Origin: Savitreella phatthalungensis
Taxonomy: Eukaryota
DNA: 64,000 nt
Reading direction: 5' to 3'
Assembly (NCBI GenBank): GCA_051599415.1
Contig: AP039715.1
Span: forward strand, 372,001 to 436,000
Shown one piece after another: positions 32,901 to 42,291 of the stretch. The position numbers were made by a program, and so were the translations under genes. Each line of letters begins with the position of its first letter. The stretch's first letter is position 1. The notes under the pieces are model-generated. The model ran no database searches. It saw only the letters and a program-made list of their open reading frames with translations, and had not been told where the DNA came from.

Positions 32901-33456
32901 TCTTTGACATCGATTTGATGGCGACTTCGAGAGCACTGATGCGCTGCGATCTGTGGGGCGTTCGGCGAAGCTGATTTGGGTCACCTTGCAGTGGCCAAAA
33001 GTCAAAGCAAAGGACATCGATCAGCTCCCGCGGCGAGAAGTCCTTGAGCATTTTGACAGCCAATAGCTCGCATGTCAGCGCTCTTGTGCCTTTTGCGCCA
33101 GCCTGGACAGAGTCCTCTGCAGCTTCCTGGCGATACTGAGAACAGTTGACGAGGAGGCAGAAGATGATGGCGCGTGATTTCAAGTCCTTACATTTCAACT
33201 GTAACGGCTTCACGAGGAAGCTGTTAAGCTGTGGCGATCTCAACTGTTCCCAGGTAAGCGTTGTATCGACTGCCTTATCTACCAGGTCCCTAATTGTCAG
33301 CGTCAACTGGTAGACCGGGAAGTTGTCTAGATCGTGGGTTTTGAGAGCATTGGCAACCGACGTGCGATGAGCCAGCAAGGGTTCTCTCTCAACATCGGCC
33401 TGATTTCTTGATTGCCAGGATGATCCGGCTGATCCTGGTCTCAGGACAGCCGTCAT
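29905..33456 (-). CDS. TRP/Yvc1-related cation channel with a long disordered C-terminus
   Basis: 'DTTLTWEQLRSPQLNSFLVKP', 'SALEVAI', 'LEHIWKGNIVFY', 'SRLRVPRY', 6-8 TM helices, 'LVVTILVSVLSTTFSKVIANAHEEHQYLFA', 'PFNLI', late coiled coil. Confidence 0.9.
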   Translation of the reverse strand: MTAVLRPGSAGSSWQSRNQADVEREPLLAHRTSVANALKTHDLDNFPVYQLTLTIRDLVDKAVDTTLTWEQLRSPQLNSFLVKPLQLKCKDLKSRAIIFCLLVNCSQYRQEAAEDSVQAGAKGTRALTCELLAVKMLKDFSPRELIDVLCFDFWPLQGDPNQLRRTPHRSQRISALEVAIKSMSKKFLSTPIVVQVLEHIWKGNIVFYGASDKDAMFLPHNMRKAATTYDAREASLFKLSRLRVPRYRHWMQTLSFAILLGLVIAVLLERERTLRPFEIVMVVYAFGFMVDELVGLNSTGSTLFLSNLWNAFDLLTLMFFIGFFVLRVYGLFYWTGENDDMAYFAYDILAVNTVFLVPRLFSALDHTRQFSQMLIAFQRMAVDLVTSVIFILIFFAGFFLAISLAFARNLYSAKEVAFKLLQLIFGFSPAAWALLPEINWIGKILLITFMINTNYLVVTILVSVLSTTFSKVIANAHEEHQYLFALNTVLAVKSDALFFYQAPFNLIEWALAPLIFIMPRESWIRLNRYFIKVLHFPALAAIYLYERFYLRPRAFVPADLLLTRSVSIETMQNGGIDITTGHRQPSTGFFSRRRESDAAQQFSQSVLQQVFAGNTSRRQQKPGMADFFANSGHGIASVRRNGPPKHAHDPRTDDWVNQVSGNPPPFSPNAASSVAVEDMADLRGLQNDSFALPPAASRPNVRRGNTTTGIVNHRYIQAVERSSTFAPRRQATIDRSLAFDEDDEADHLDQPGIQPVQVRKQAGDSNGRSPVIRFAKPRSMRFQKRSQTVDAVSDGDESGDDEMTQGETGAAGDDESDVELTSDTRQASHARNSSTSTARPYGINSQPRRPPSAGARHSESSDWITSAAEEEVAARMRNRPPLSAIGRTASGGEPRSLPSRTPSAYAAELLATAAASAARGNPTTRLHALDISREGTPRTGMRASDSATRRRVSDAAADAEYAAAGANLLSTSLATQLAAHAAAGMRAEFLGRDGGRVAQNNDDDYAGSSQTNALSVVQRLLLNRVEGIEQGVRGGSARMSRLEHQLADVLRELRRHNSGLNGGSLSDRPVLSRASTGLHQSRSNSKPGTPGIRSANLQTVVGSSSGNASSSHSATPKPSRRGSRRSSPVRTPAGVGANQGRSADSSFHLLSERSLLNNNLPRATSSPIEPGTPTRDPSQGVDI

Positions 33457-35393
33457 GGCTGGTTAGATGATGCTTGTGCTGATTCGTTGGGGAGCTATGC
33501 GCGCGATGTCATTGACATTATCATGGTCGTTTGGAGAACATTGCGCAGCTGACCATGCCACTGATATGAACAAGAAGCCTACCGGTTGCGGACCTTGCGT
33601 GTGCGGTCACGTTCAGAATCTGCTTCTGATCGCCTGTGACGACGAGACAGGAGCAGGGACGAGTTTAGGCAGGATGACCAGTCTATTTGTAACGCTCGCG
33701 TGCGGCAGCTTTGCAAAGACGAGTGAATGGATGTCCTTTGTGGTTGGAGTTGCTGAGATCACATTCAGCGTGTAGAGTGAAGAGTCATGCAGCTGCTGAT
33801 GGATTGATCGAATCGTGCAACAGATGGTAGCAGTATACACGATACTGCATGTTCAGTCATGTTTACGTACCTTTGCAATTTGTGGATCACTGCTCTCTGC
33901 TGTCGGAACTACCCGATTGACTACCCGAATGAATGAATATCTTTCATCGATCTAATCTATTCCGCCTGATTGTCGATGTTTAGCCCTTCTTGGATTTCTG
34001 CTTTTGACCTACGAGACTTCCAAGCAGCCTTGATCATTTTTTACCTGCCAGTGCTCTAAATCCTTGCTTTGTTGACTTTTTGGTCAAGTCAAAAAGAGAT
34101 AACCTCAATATAGAACTGGTCAAATGGACAAAATACTAGCTTGCGAATTCTAAGATCGAATAAGGGTTTTCAGCTGGCGCATGGATTTGTATGAATTGAA
34201 TCAGCTCGATGATTGAGCTAGATCGACATTGCTCGATCGCTTAGACATTCAAAGGACAAATTTAAGTCAGTGAAAGCTGAATGGATTTGTGGGGTCAACT
34301 CACTTGATTGGTCAGAAGTTCCAAAAGATTTGTATTTTGCCGAGCAGCCTTTTTCCAACCCAGTGAACACGACTCCAAATTGATTGTCCTAAGCTATAGT
34401 GTCCTTCTCGCACGCCATGCCGGGCTGTAGAAACGATTTAAGCGCCCGTCTATTCATTGTTGTGATTCCCGTCAATTCATTTCCAACAACCTCGTCGGTC
34501 CAAGCGTATCAGCCCGGTTAATTGCCGACCAAAACATTGGCACGGCAGGAGCTACATAGGTATATCAGATGAGCCCAAGGAATCTCTTGCCCTGTGTCAG
34601 CTGTGTAGATTGCGTCTCGCTGCCGCCCTGCATGCCCACGCCCTCTTTTCGTTCATCTATGACCCGAGAACTCTTGGATATACTGCCCAATTGAATCAAG
34701 TGCCAGATGTGTGCTTGATTCAGGCCACAAATCTCCTATCCCGGTTGGACGCCCCGCCGACCCGAGAATCACAGGAGCGAGGAACGCGCACGCGACACCC
34801 AACCGCATCGTCTCTCATTCCTGCCGCAAGCCGAGCTACCCGTTAACCTGCGCCAGTGAAATGGACCACTCTACCGCTGAAGACACATCAGCCAACCGGA
34901 ACGTCTCGATCGAGTTCGCGATCTATACCCCGGATACTGAGCTCTGTCATGGTCTCAGCCAATGCCGGCATTGCTTGAGCATGTCACGGCTAATATCGCA
35001 TACATGATAGCCGCGGCTCGACAGTACAACACCGGTCAACAAGGCACAATTGCAAATTTCGCCACCCGCATGCCCGTTCTCTTCTTCATATCATCCCTGC
35101 AATTGCTCCAATCGTAGCGTTCTCCAGAGATTTGCAGTCCGAGCGTATATACTCTGCACCTACAGGACAAGTTCGGAAAGATTCCCAGAAATCATGCTGC
35201 GACCGGAATCACGATGCAGGCGAGAGTTCTTCACATTGAATCGGCCGGTCAAGCACATATGGCCGAGATGTATCGTGTTGGACGGACGAGCTTTGACAAG
35301 ACAGCCGTGCCAATAAAAGGCTGATTGGTGACAGATCGCGTGCTATCATGGGACATTGCATTAGTTTGTGTATTGTGCTCGGACCATTTTTCA

Positions 35394-35734
35394 TCATTGC
35401 TCGTCCTTGACTTGTGTATACTCCTCCGGTGTGTAGTCACGCTGCAATCATGTATGTCAGTCAAGGGTTTGTTTTCAATGAAGGCCATTGTCAGTCCTTT
35501 CGAGACACGTACCTGTGTAAACGCATGTACTGCAGCGATCTCGTCTTTCAGCGCTGCATTGACCAGCTTGTGTCTCTGTAAGGTTCGCTTGCCCGCGAAT
35601 TCGGGTGATACAATAATGACCTCGTATGCCTGACCGCATCCTCCGCTGATATCCTCGATCTCGACATGTGTAGCGGACAATCTACTGCGGATTGCCTGGT
35701 CTAATGCCTCTTTGCTCACACCACTTGTCGTCAT
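35394..35734 (-). CDS. BOL2: BolA2-type protein (Bol2/Fra2), 2 exons: 35734-35513 and 35441-35394; 89 aa
   Basis: 'EIEDISGGCGQAYEVIIVSPEFAGKRTLQRHKLVNAALKDEIAAVHAFTQ' | intron | 'RDYTPEEY...'; no mitochondrial presequence. Confidence 0.92.
35442..35512 (-). other. Spliceosomal intron of BOL2 (71 nt)
   Basis: Minus strand GTACGT...ACTGAC...TTGCAG; splicing restores the conserved 'TPEE' C-terminus. Confidence 0.9.
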
Positions 35735-36179
35735 CTCTTCTGTGAAGTGGTTCGTCGAGATGTAGAGCAGCAAGATATACAGCGACTAGCTTCGACAATA
35801 GTCTTGTGGTCTAATTTTGCGACTGCGTGAGTTCTTGTCTTTGCTCGAGATGGTTGTCCATCACAAGGAATCCCTACACAATTGCGACGTCAGCGCCTTT
35901 AGGTCGATTGTGATTCGCTCAACGATCCAAAGAGTGCTTCGGGCGTTCGCAGATCAAATCAGATACAGCATCCATTCCTTCGGGCTTCCCATATATTTAC
36001 CGCAGATAAAGATGCACGGATATTGCTCGACACACGCATCCAGGTAAGATCACGACGAGAATCACGCGCATCTAAGAGCTCACGGCATTCAGTGATAGAT
36101 CACACAGGCATTGCAGAAGATGCAGGCTTGACTGTCATCAGCACAACAGCCTGCGTAGCCGTGGTGGTGTCTTAAACAC

Positions 36180-39100
36180 ATGTCGGACGCTGCTCTGCCG
36201 CCCGCATGGCAGCAGTTCAACTTCTTCGAACGTGCTCAAGTCAAGGATCAGCACGACAGCTCACTTGCAGGTCCAAGAGCTCTTGCAGAATGTTCGGCAG
36301 GCGCTATTATCGCTGCAGGACAACAGTATGTTCTCATCGCTGAACCTTCGGGGCGTATCGATGTACTCGACACGGCTTTCGAGCCTGTGTGCCACGCCGA
36401 GGCATATCCGCATGGCTCGCTCGAGCAGCTCGTCGTCCGCACTCACGATCGCTTCATCACATTTGGGACGGAAGCGGATGGAGAACGTAACGTGAAGCTT
36501 TGGTGCATCGTTCCAAGGAGAATTAAAGGCATGAAATTTGAACTTCTCACTACGGTCACAATCCATCATGAGCAACCATTCCCGGCAACCTGTCTGACCA
36601 GCGTGCCAGATCTTTCCCTTGTCGCTGTTGGATTTGCTGATGGACGTGTGATGCTGATCAAGGGTGATCTTGTTCGGGATCGCGGCGCTCAAGTCAGAAC
36701 CATTTACGAAGGCTTGGAACCTATCACAGGCTTGGAGTTCCTTGTGAGCTCGCGAGCTACTGCACTGCATATCACTACGACGAGCAAAGTGCTTACTACC
36801 CAAGTGGTTGCCGTCGGTAAAGCTATCTCCCAAGCACCTCGAGTGCTCGAATCTCTCGGTGGCGCGTTGCATTGCACGGCAGCGAACGACTCCTCTACAG
36901 AGATTGCTATCGCACGAAGCGAGGGAATCTATCTATTCAATGATTCGAATGCTCGCAGTGTGTTGCTACCCTTACCTGGATCCAAACTTTATTTGAGCGC
37001 GTTGAAAGATCTGAAGGCTGTGCTGGTTCCAATCGACAACAGGCGGGTAGAAACAACGCTAACTCCAACAGGAGATCTGCTAGGGGGAACGAGAGTCATG
37101 TTGCTGGACACCGAGAGTCACTTCATCGCTTATTCTGATGTGATCCTGCAAGGCATAAGGACCATATTTCAGGTAGCAGGCACGACGCATATCGTGGCAC
37201 TCGATCATCGCCTGTACAGCCTGCAGGAATTGGGGTTGGACGCAAAGCTCGATATTCTGTACTCGAAAGACCTGTATCAGCTTGCACTGAGTTTGGCAAG
37301 CAAAGCTGGCTGGGACGCAGAACAACTCGCTCCCATCCACATGCGTCACGCTGACTACCTTTATGCACGCAAGGACTTCGAAGGTGCTATCTCGCAGTAC
37401 ATCGACGCCGTGCGCTTCTGCAATCTGTCCAATGTTATGCGCAAATTCCTCTCTGCGCAGCACGTTCCATTACTCACGCGGTTTCTCGAGGCTTTGCACA
37501 CGACCGACCGGGTGAATCCTGAATATAGCACACTCCTGCTCAACTGCTATGCCAAGCTCAAGCAGCGCGACAAGCTGAAAAAGTTCATTCGCCAGGACAG
37601 AGATCGCCTCGTGGATCTCGAGGTCGCAGTCGCCCTATGTCGCCAAGCTGGTTATTATGATGAGGCCATAAGCCTTGCGACCCGGCACAAGGACCACGCC
37701 ATGTGCCTAGGCCTGATTCTTGAGGACAAGAAAGATGCTCATGCGGCACTCAAATATCTACGTCGTCTGAAAGATCCAGCCGTTCTAGCTCCGCTCCTGG
37801 TCGGCTACATTCCAACCTTGTTGAAGACCATCCCGTCTGAAGCCACACGTCTCTTGATTGACTTTTACACCGGCGCCTTCCAGACCAGTCGGGAAATACA
37901 GGCCACTGGAATCATGTCACCGCCATCTCGCAAAGACACAACGTCTCCCGGCTTGGGTTTCTATGAATCACTGATGGGGCAAATGTCAGCAAATCGTTAC
38001 ACACAAGCTTTGCCAAGTCTTTCGGCACTCGACATCTCGGCCTTGAATCCCATGCGCAGAGTTTCTGCCACAGGTCCACCTGCCGCAGCCTCCCTGACGC
38101 GCGGCTCTCCGGCCCCGTCGATCGCAGGGTCTTCCACGATAGACTCCGTGTCAATGGCGGGCATGAGCGACAATGCTCAGAGGCTCGTCTCCCGTTCACA
38201 AATCGCCTATCAACCACCGTCACCACAAACAGCGTTCAGCATGCTCATGGACTATCCTCAGCACTTCGTTAACTTTTTAGAGGTGATGCTCGAGAGGCAG
38301 TCGGACACTGCTGAAGGCGAATCTGACGAGGCCCGGAAAGCCGTGGTCGTGACACTGCTCGAGCTGTATCTGAAGCAAGCAAAGTCAACTGAATCTGGTG
38401 CACGAAAATCTGCCCTTGAGCAGAAGGCCAGGAAGCTGTTCGAAGCTGAGCGCGAGCATATAGACGACACCAGTGCGATGCTGGTCTTTCACCTTACGGA
38501 CTTTGACGAGGGTCTTATGCTTCTCCAGGAACAAGGTGGTCAGATCGAGGACGTGTTCCGATCATATTGCTCCGCCGGAGATACGAAAGGCGCAATTGAG
38601 GTACTGCGTCGCCATGGCGAGGACGAGCCTGCGCTATTCCCGCTCGCTCTCAAGTACTTCACGTCCTCAAACGAGATCCTCGTTGATGCGGCTGATCAAT
38701 TGGGTCATGTGCTCGCACGTATACGAGAACGGCGACTGATGGCGCCAGTACAAGTCATTGAAATACTGGGAAACACCGACGTTGCCACAGTCGGAGCTAT
38801 CAAGCCGTATCTCCTTGAAGTTGTCGAGCGAGAGAAGCGGGAGATTGATTCAAATCGAAAGGTCATCACAAGCTATCGAGAGGAGGCAACGACAAAACGT
38901 GCAGAAGCTCGGGAGTTAGCCACGACAAGTATAGCGCTACAGCAGCAAAGGTGCTCTCGATGCAATGCTACGCTTGATCTGCCGGCAGTTCATTTCCTAT
39001 GCAAGCATGCCTTCCACCAGCGATGCGTACTTGAGGTGACACCCAACAATGGAGAAATGTCGGCTTCCGCGGCAAATGGGTACGTGTCGTCGCCACACAT

Positions 39101-39347
39101 CAACGGGTACCCAAATTCTGGCCGAGACCACCGTGGCACAAGCGGAAGCATCTCGAAGATGGAGTGTCCGCTGTGCCACGATGCATCGGAGGCGATTCGA
39201 GAGGCTGTCAAAGAGCGTATGCAGCACAGCGAGGCTCAACAGCTCTTCTTCGATCACCTGCCGAATGCCAAGGACAAGGTTCACTTTGTATTTTCGAGAC
39301 TAAGCGCTCTGCATAGCGTGCCATTACAGCCGCAGCAGCAGCATTAG
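36180..39347 (+). CDS. VPS11: HOPS/CORVET subunit Vps11 (Pep5)
   Basis: 'WQQFNFFE' start, beta-propeller ('AVGFADGRVMLIKGDLVRDRG'), clathrin-type repeat ('TLLLNCYAKLK'), C-terminal RING 'CSRCNATLDLPAVHFLCKHAFHQRC...CPLC'. Confidence 0.96.
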   Translation: MSDAALPPAWQQFNFFERAQVKDQHDSSLAGPRALAECSAGAIIAAGQQYVLIAEPSGRIDVLDTAFEPVCHAEAYPHGSLEQLVVRTHDRFITFGTEADGERNVKLWCIVPRRIKGMKFELLTTVTIHHEQPFPATCLTSVPDLSLVAVGFADGRVMLIKGDLVRDRGAQVRTIYEGLEPITGLEFLVSSRATALHITTTSKVLTTQVVAVGKAISQAPRVLESLGGALHCTAANDSSTEIAIARSEGIYLFNDSNARSVLLPLPGSKLYLSALKDLKAVLVPIDNRRVETTLTPTGDLLGGTRVMLLDTESHFIAYSDVILQGIRTIFQVAGTTHIVALDHRLYSLQELGLDAKLDILYSKDLYQLALSLASKAGWDAEQLAPIHMRHADYLYARKDFEGAISQYIDAVRFCNLSNVMRKFLSAQHVPLLTRFLEALHTTDRVNPEYSTLLLNCYAKLKQRDKLKKFIRQDRDRLVDLEVAVALCRQAGYYDEAISLATRHKDHAMCLGLILEDKKDAHAALKYLRRLKDPAVLAPLLVGYIPTLLKTIPSEATRLLIDFYTGAFQTSREIQATGIMSPPSRKDTTSPGLGFYESLMGQMSANRYTQALPSLSALDISALNPMRRVSATGPPAAASLTRGSPAPSIAGSSTIDSVSMAGMSDNAQRLVSRSQIAYQPPSPQTAFSMLMDYPQHFVNFLEVMLERQSDTAEGESDEARKAVVVTLLELYLKQAKSTESGARKSALEQKARKLFEAEREHIDDTSAMLVFHLTDFDEGLMLLQEQGGQIEDVFRSYCSAGDTKGAIEVLRRHGEDEPALFPLALKYFTSSNEILVDAADQLGHVLARIRERRLMAPVQVIEILGNTDVATVGAIKPYLLEVVEREKREIDSNRKVITSYREEATTKRAEARELATTSIALQQQRCSRCNATLDLPAVHFLCKHAFHQRCVLEVTPNNGEMSASAANGYVSSPHINGYPNSGRDHRGTSGSISKMECPLCHDASEAIREAVKERMQHSEAQQLFFDHLPNAKDKVHFVFSRLSALHSVPLQPQQQH

Positions 39348-40800
39348 TGCCAGTAGTTGTATTTATCGACTGATGAAAGATGCATATCCGACCGAAACTC
39401 CTGCCGACTTGAGCATGCTTCCGGTCTATGTGGTACTGATTGGACTTGATATCGAGTGTTCCGATGAATGGTAAGCACGTGACTCTCAATTTTTTGTGCA
39501 AGTAGATCCAGCAGATCGACCTGCATTTTCCAGCTACCCTTCAATTGGACTTTCCGCCGTCGATCTCAAGCTGCACAATACTCAAATGGCTACTCGGAAT
39601 CGTCCGCGTGCTAGAACTGATTTAGTTAGACTAGGTATATTTACACCAGTGACAGCTGACTGGTCGAGGACAGGGTTTCAGGTTGGTACCCGCCCCTGGA
39701 GGAGAATTGACAAAGGCAATTTGGAGTGGCCTGTCGTACTGACTGACCTTCCATGTCTTGTTATCCCCTCCCGGCTTTTCACGGCAGATCTTCTGCTGCC
39801 TTGCCTGCAAGTACTATGAACATGGCGCAAACGGGACAACTGAACCATCGATCGCTCTCTCAATCTCAAATGCGCTCGCGCCACAGGCATTCACTGTCTT
39901 GCCTCTATCGCAATGCAGAGTCTGCCTAGAACAAGACACAGTACATCCTTGTCGAGTGTGCTTGATAGCATGGACGAATAGCACTGATAAAGCTCATCAT
40001 ATATACGTATTCATGGAGTTTCCACGTATTTTTTGATGAGGTCTTTTGTGAATCCTTTTGAGGAAGTCAGAGAATGACCACTACAAAACACGTTTTGGGA
40101 AATGAAAATAGAGTTGGCACTAATCGAACCGAACCGAGTAAATAGACTGCATGCGGCCTATTCTCCTTCTATTTTTGGCTTGAGTTCAAAGTCGTGGTGC
40201 ACCTCGAAAACCTTAAGGAGCTGCCGTACAGTGATTGGCCATAGATGGTACAAACTTTTGGTTCTGCCGTCCTGGTGAAACTCCTCAAAACGGGTCAAAA
40301 GGATGATGGGGATTCCGCTCCTCTGACCGGAGCAATGGTGCCATACCATTCACAAGATTGGCACTGCCTCGAGAAATCAACGCATAACCGCCGCCTGTAC
40401 CCGAGTCTGAAGGAGTCGTGCGTGTGTATCTCCAGGTGCTGCTGCCGCATTCCTGTCTGCCCTTGCGTTTTGTCGCGCAAGCACCGGTCACCTATATCCA
40501 TCGACGCATTGCCACGTCTGCGCAGCCCAACTTCGAGATAGCACTGCCTTGACTTGCATTACCCGACCCGATTAATAAACATCCTTGCCCTCCTCCGGGC
40601 ATTCCATTTCACTGAGGCGCTTAGATCATCGGTTTACCAAGTCCGACATCGAATCTACGTGAAACGCGCGATTGACGACATCATTCCATCAATTTAATAC
40701 ATATTTTGCCAAGCGCGCTATTCCAAATCACGACGGCGCTTGACACGCTTCCTGTTCTCAAACATCACTTCTCAGCCACTCCATCGATTGACAGCGTATC

Positions 40801-42189
40801 ATGCGCTTCGACATGGAGTCTCGCAGAAGTCAGAGCAAAGGCAGCGATCACGACAGTGACATAGCGCCGGACCAGCTCGCCGACGACGTCCGTGCGGATT
40901 TACGCAGCATCATCAACGGCTCAAACGGGCAGTCGAGTGGTCACACCGTCGCTGTACAGACCTTGACAGCGGACCGGTATCCCGTACGGGCAGCGGCGAC
41001 AACTGCTGTAATGCCACGCGCCGGTATGACGAACTCAGAACGAGGCCAAGTGCTGGTCACAGGAGGCGCCGGCTATATTGGATCACACACTGTCGTCGAG
41101 CTCATCCAGGACGGCCAAGAAGTCGTCATCGTGGACAACTTCTACAATTCGTCCATTGAGGCCGTCAATCGGATCGAAGAGATCACTGGTATTCGCCCAA
41201 TTTTCCATCAAGCAGACGTGACGGATTACACAGCGCTTGACCGCATCTTCCGGGAACATCCTCGCATCAACAGCGTCATCCACTTTGCCGCGCTCAAGGC
41301 TGTGGGAGAGTCTTCTCAGATCCCACTCGAATACTATCGCGTCAATGTCGGTGGCACAATCACACTGCTGCGCGCCATGTCTGCCCACGATGTCACAAGT
41401 TTCGTGTTCAGCAGCAGTGCGACAGTCTACGGCGATGCAAGCGTCCACAAGGGCATGATCCCCATCCCAGAGGAGTGTCCTATCAATCCGAACAACCCAT
41501 ACGGCCGCACCAAGGCCACGATCGAAGGCATGATCATGGATCACGCGAAGGCGAATCCTGGCTGGAAGGTTGCACTTCTGCGGTACTTTAATCCTGTCGG
41601 CGCCCATCCTTCAGGGAGACTCGGCGAAGATCCACTTGGTGTGCCCAACAATCTGCTGCCATTCACAGCACAGGTGGCTGTTGGTCGTCGACCGATCCTG
41701 AACGTGTTTGGCAACGACTACGATACTCCTGACGGCACGCCGATCAGAGATTACATCCACGTCTGCGACCTCGCAGATGCCCACCTAATTGCATGCAAGA
41801 AGCTCCTATCGCCAGGCTTCACAGAGGGTTGCCGTGCATGGAACATCGGATCAGGACATGGCTCGACCGTGCTCGAGGTCGTTGGATGCTTCAATCGGAG
41901 TGTCGGTCGCGACATTCCATATCAGATTGTCGGTCGCCGTGCAGGAGACGTGCTCAACTTGACTGCGAAATGCGACCGCGCAAAGCGGGAGCTCGGTTTC
42001 GTCGCACGCTACTCCCTCCAGGACGCCTGTGATCATACCTGGCGCTTCATCAAACGCAATCCAAAGGGAATGGATCCAAGTCGCCATGCAGACTCGCCCG
42101 GCATGGAAGATAAGTTTGCTGAACTTCGTCGGCGGCAGTCGTCACAAGTTGGCGACGAGCACTCCCGTTGTGACCATTGCGGCCGTTAG
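40801..42189 (+). CDS. UDP-glucose 4-epimerase (stand-alone GalE type, Uge1-like; no mutarotase domain)
   Basis: 'VLVTGGAGYIGSHT', 'HFAALKAVGES', 'FSSSATVYG', YxxxK 'YGRTK', 'LRYFNPVGAHPSG', 'RDYIHV'; ~75-aa N-terminal extension, so the true start is uncertain. Confidence 0.96.
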   Translation: MRFDMESRRSQSKGSDHDSDIAPDQLADDVRADLRSIINGSNGQSSGHTVAVQTLTADRYPVRAAATTAVMPRAGMTNSERGQVLVTGGAGYIGSHTVVELIQDGQEVVIVDNFYNSSIEAVNRIEEITGIRPIFHQADVTDYTALDRIFREHPRINSVIHFAALKAVGESSQIPLEYYRVNVGGTITLLRAMSAHDVTSFVFSSSATVYGDASVHKGMIPIPEECPINPNNPYGRTKATIEGMIMDHAKANPGWKVALLRYFNPVGAHPSGRLGEDPLGVPNNLLPFTAQVAVGRRPILNVFGNDYDTPDGTPIRDYIHVCDLADAHLIACKKLLSPGFTEGCRAWNIGSGHGSTVLEVVGCFNRSVGRDIPYQIVGRRAGDVLNLTAKCDRAKRELGFVARYSLQDACDHTWRFIKRNPKGMDPSRHADSPGMEDKFAELRRRQSSQVGDEHSRCDHCGR

Positions 42190-42291
42190 AGCTACCAGGT
42201 CTGTTCGGGGCAAATGTTTCCACCGATTCCTTACTCCTTGCACATATAGACACAGCCGGCACCTTCTTCCGGTCGAATGAATTAAAGGAAT

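Noticed and set aside
35249..35773. 174-aa unspliced BolA ORF
   Set aside because: It reads through a canonical 71-nt intron; the spliced 89-aa form restores the conserved C-terminus.
39348..42189. Possible GAL gene cluster or Gal4 site
   Set aside because: There is no galactokinase, uridylyltransferase or mutarotase nearby; the CGG...CCG I noticed at about 40630 has 10-nt spacing, not the 11 required for Gal4.
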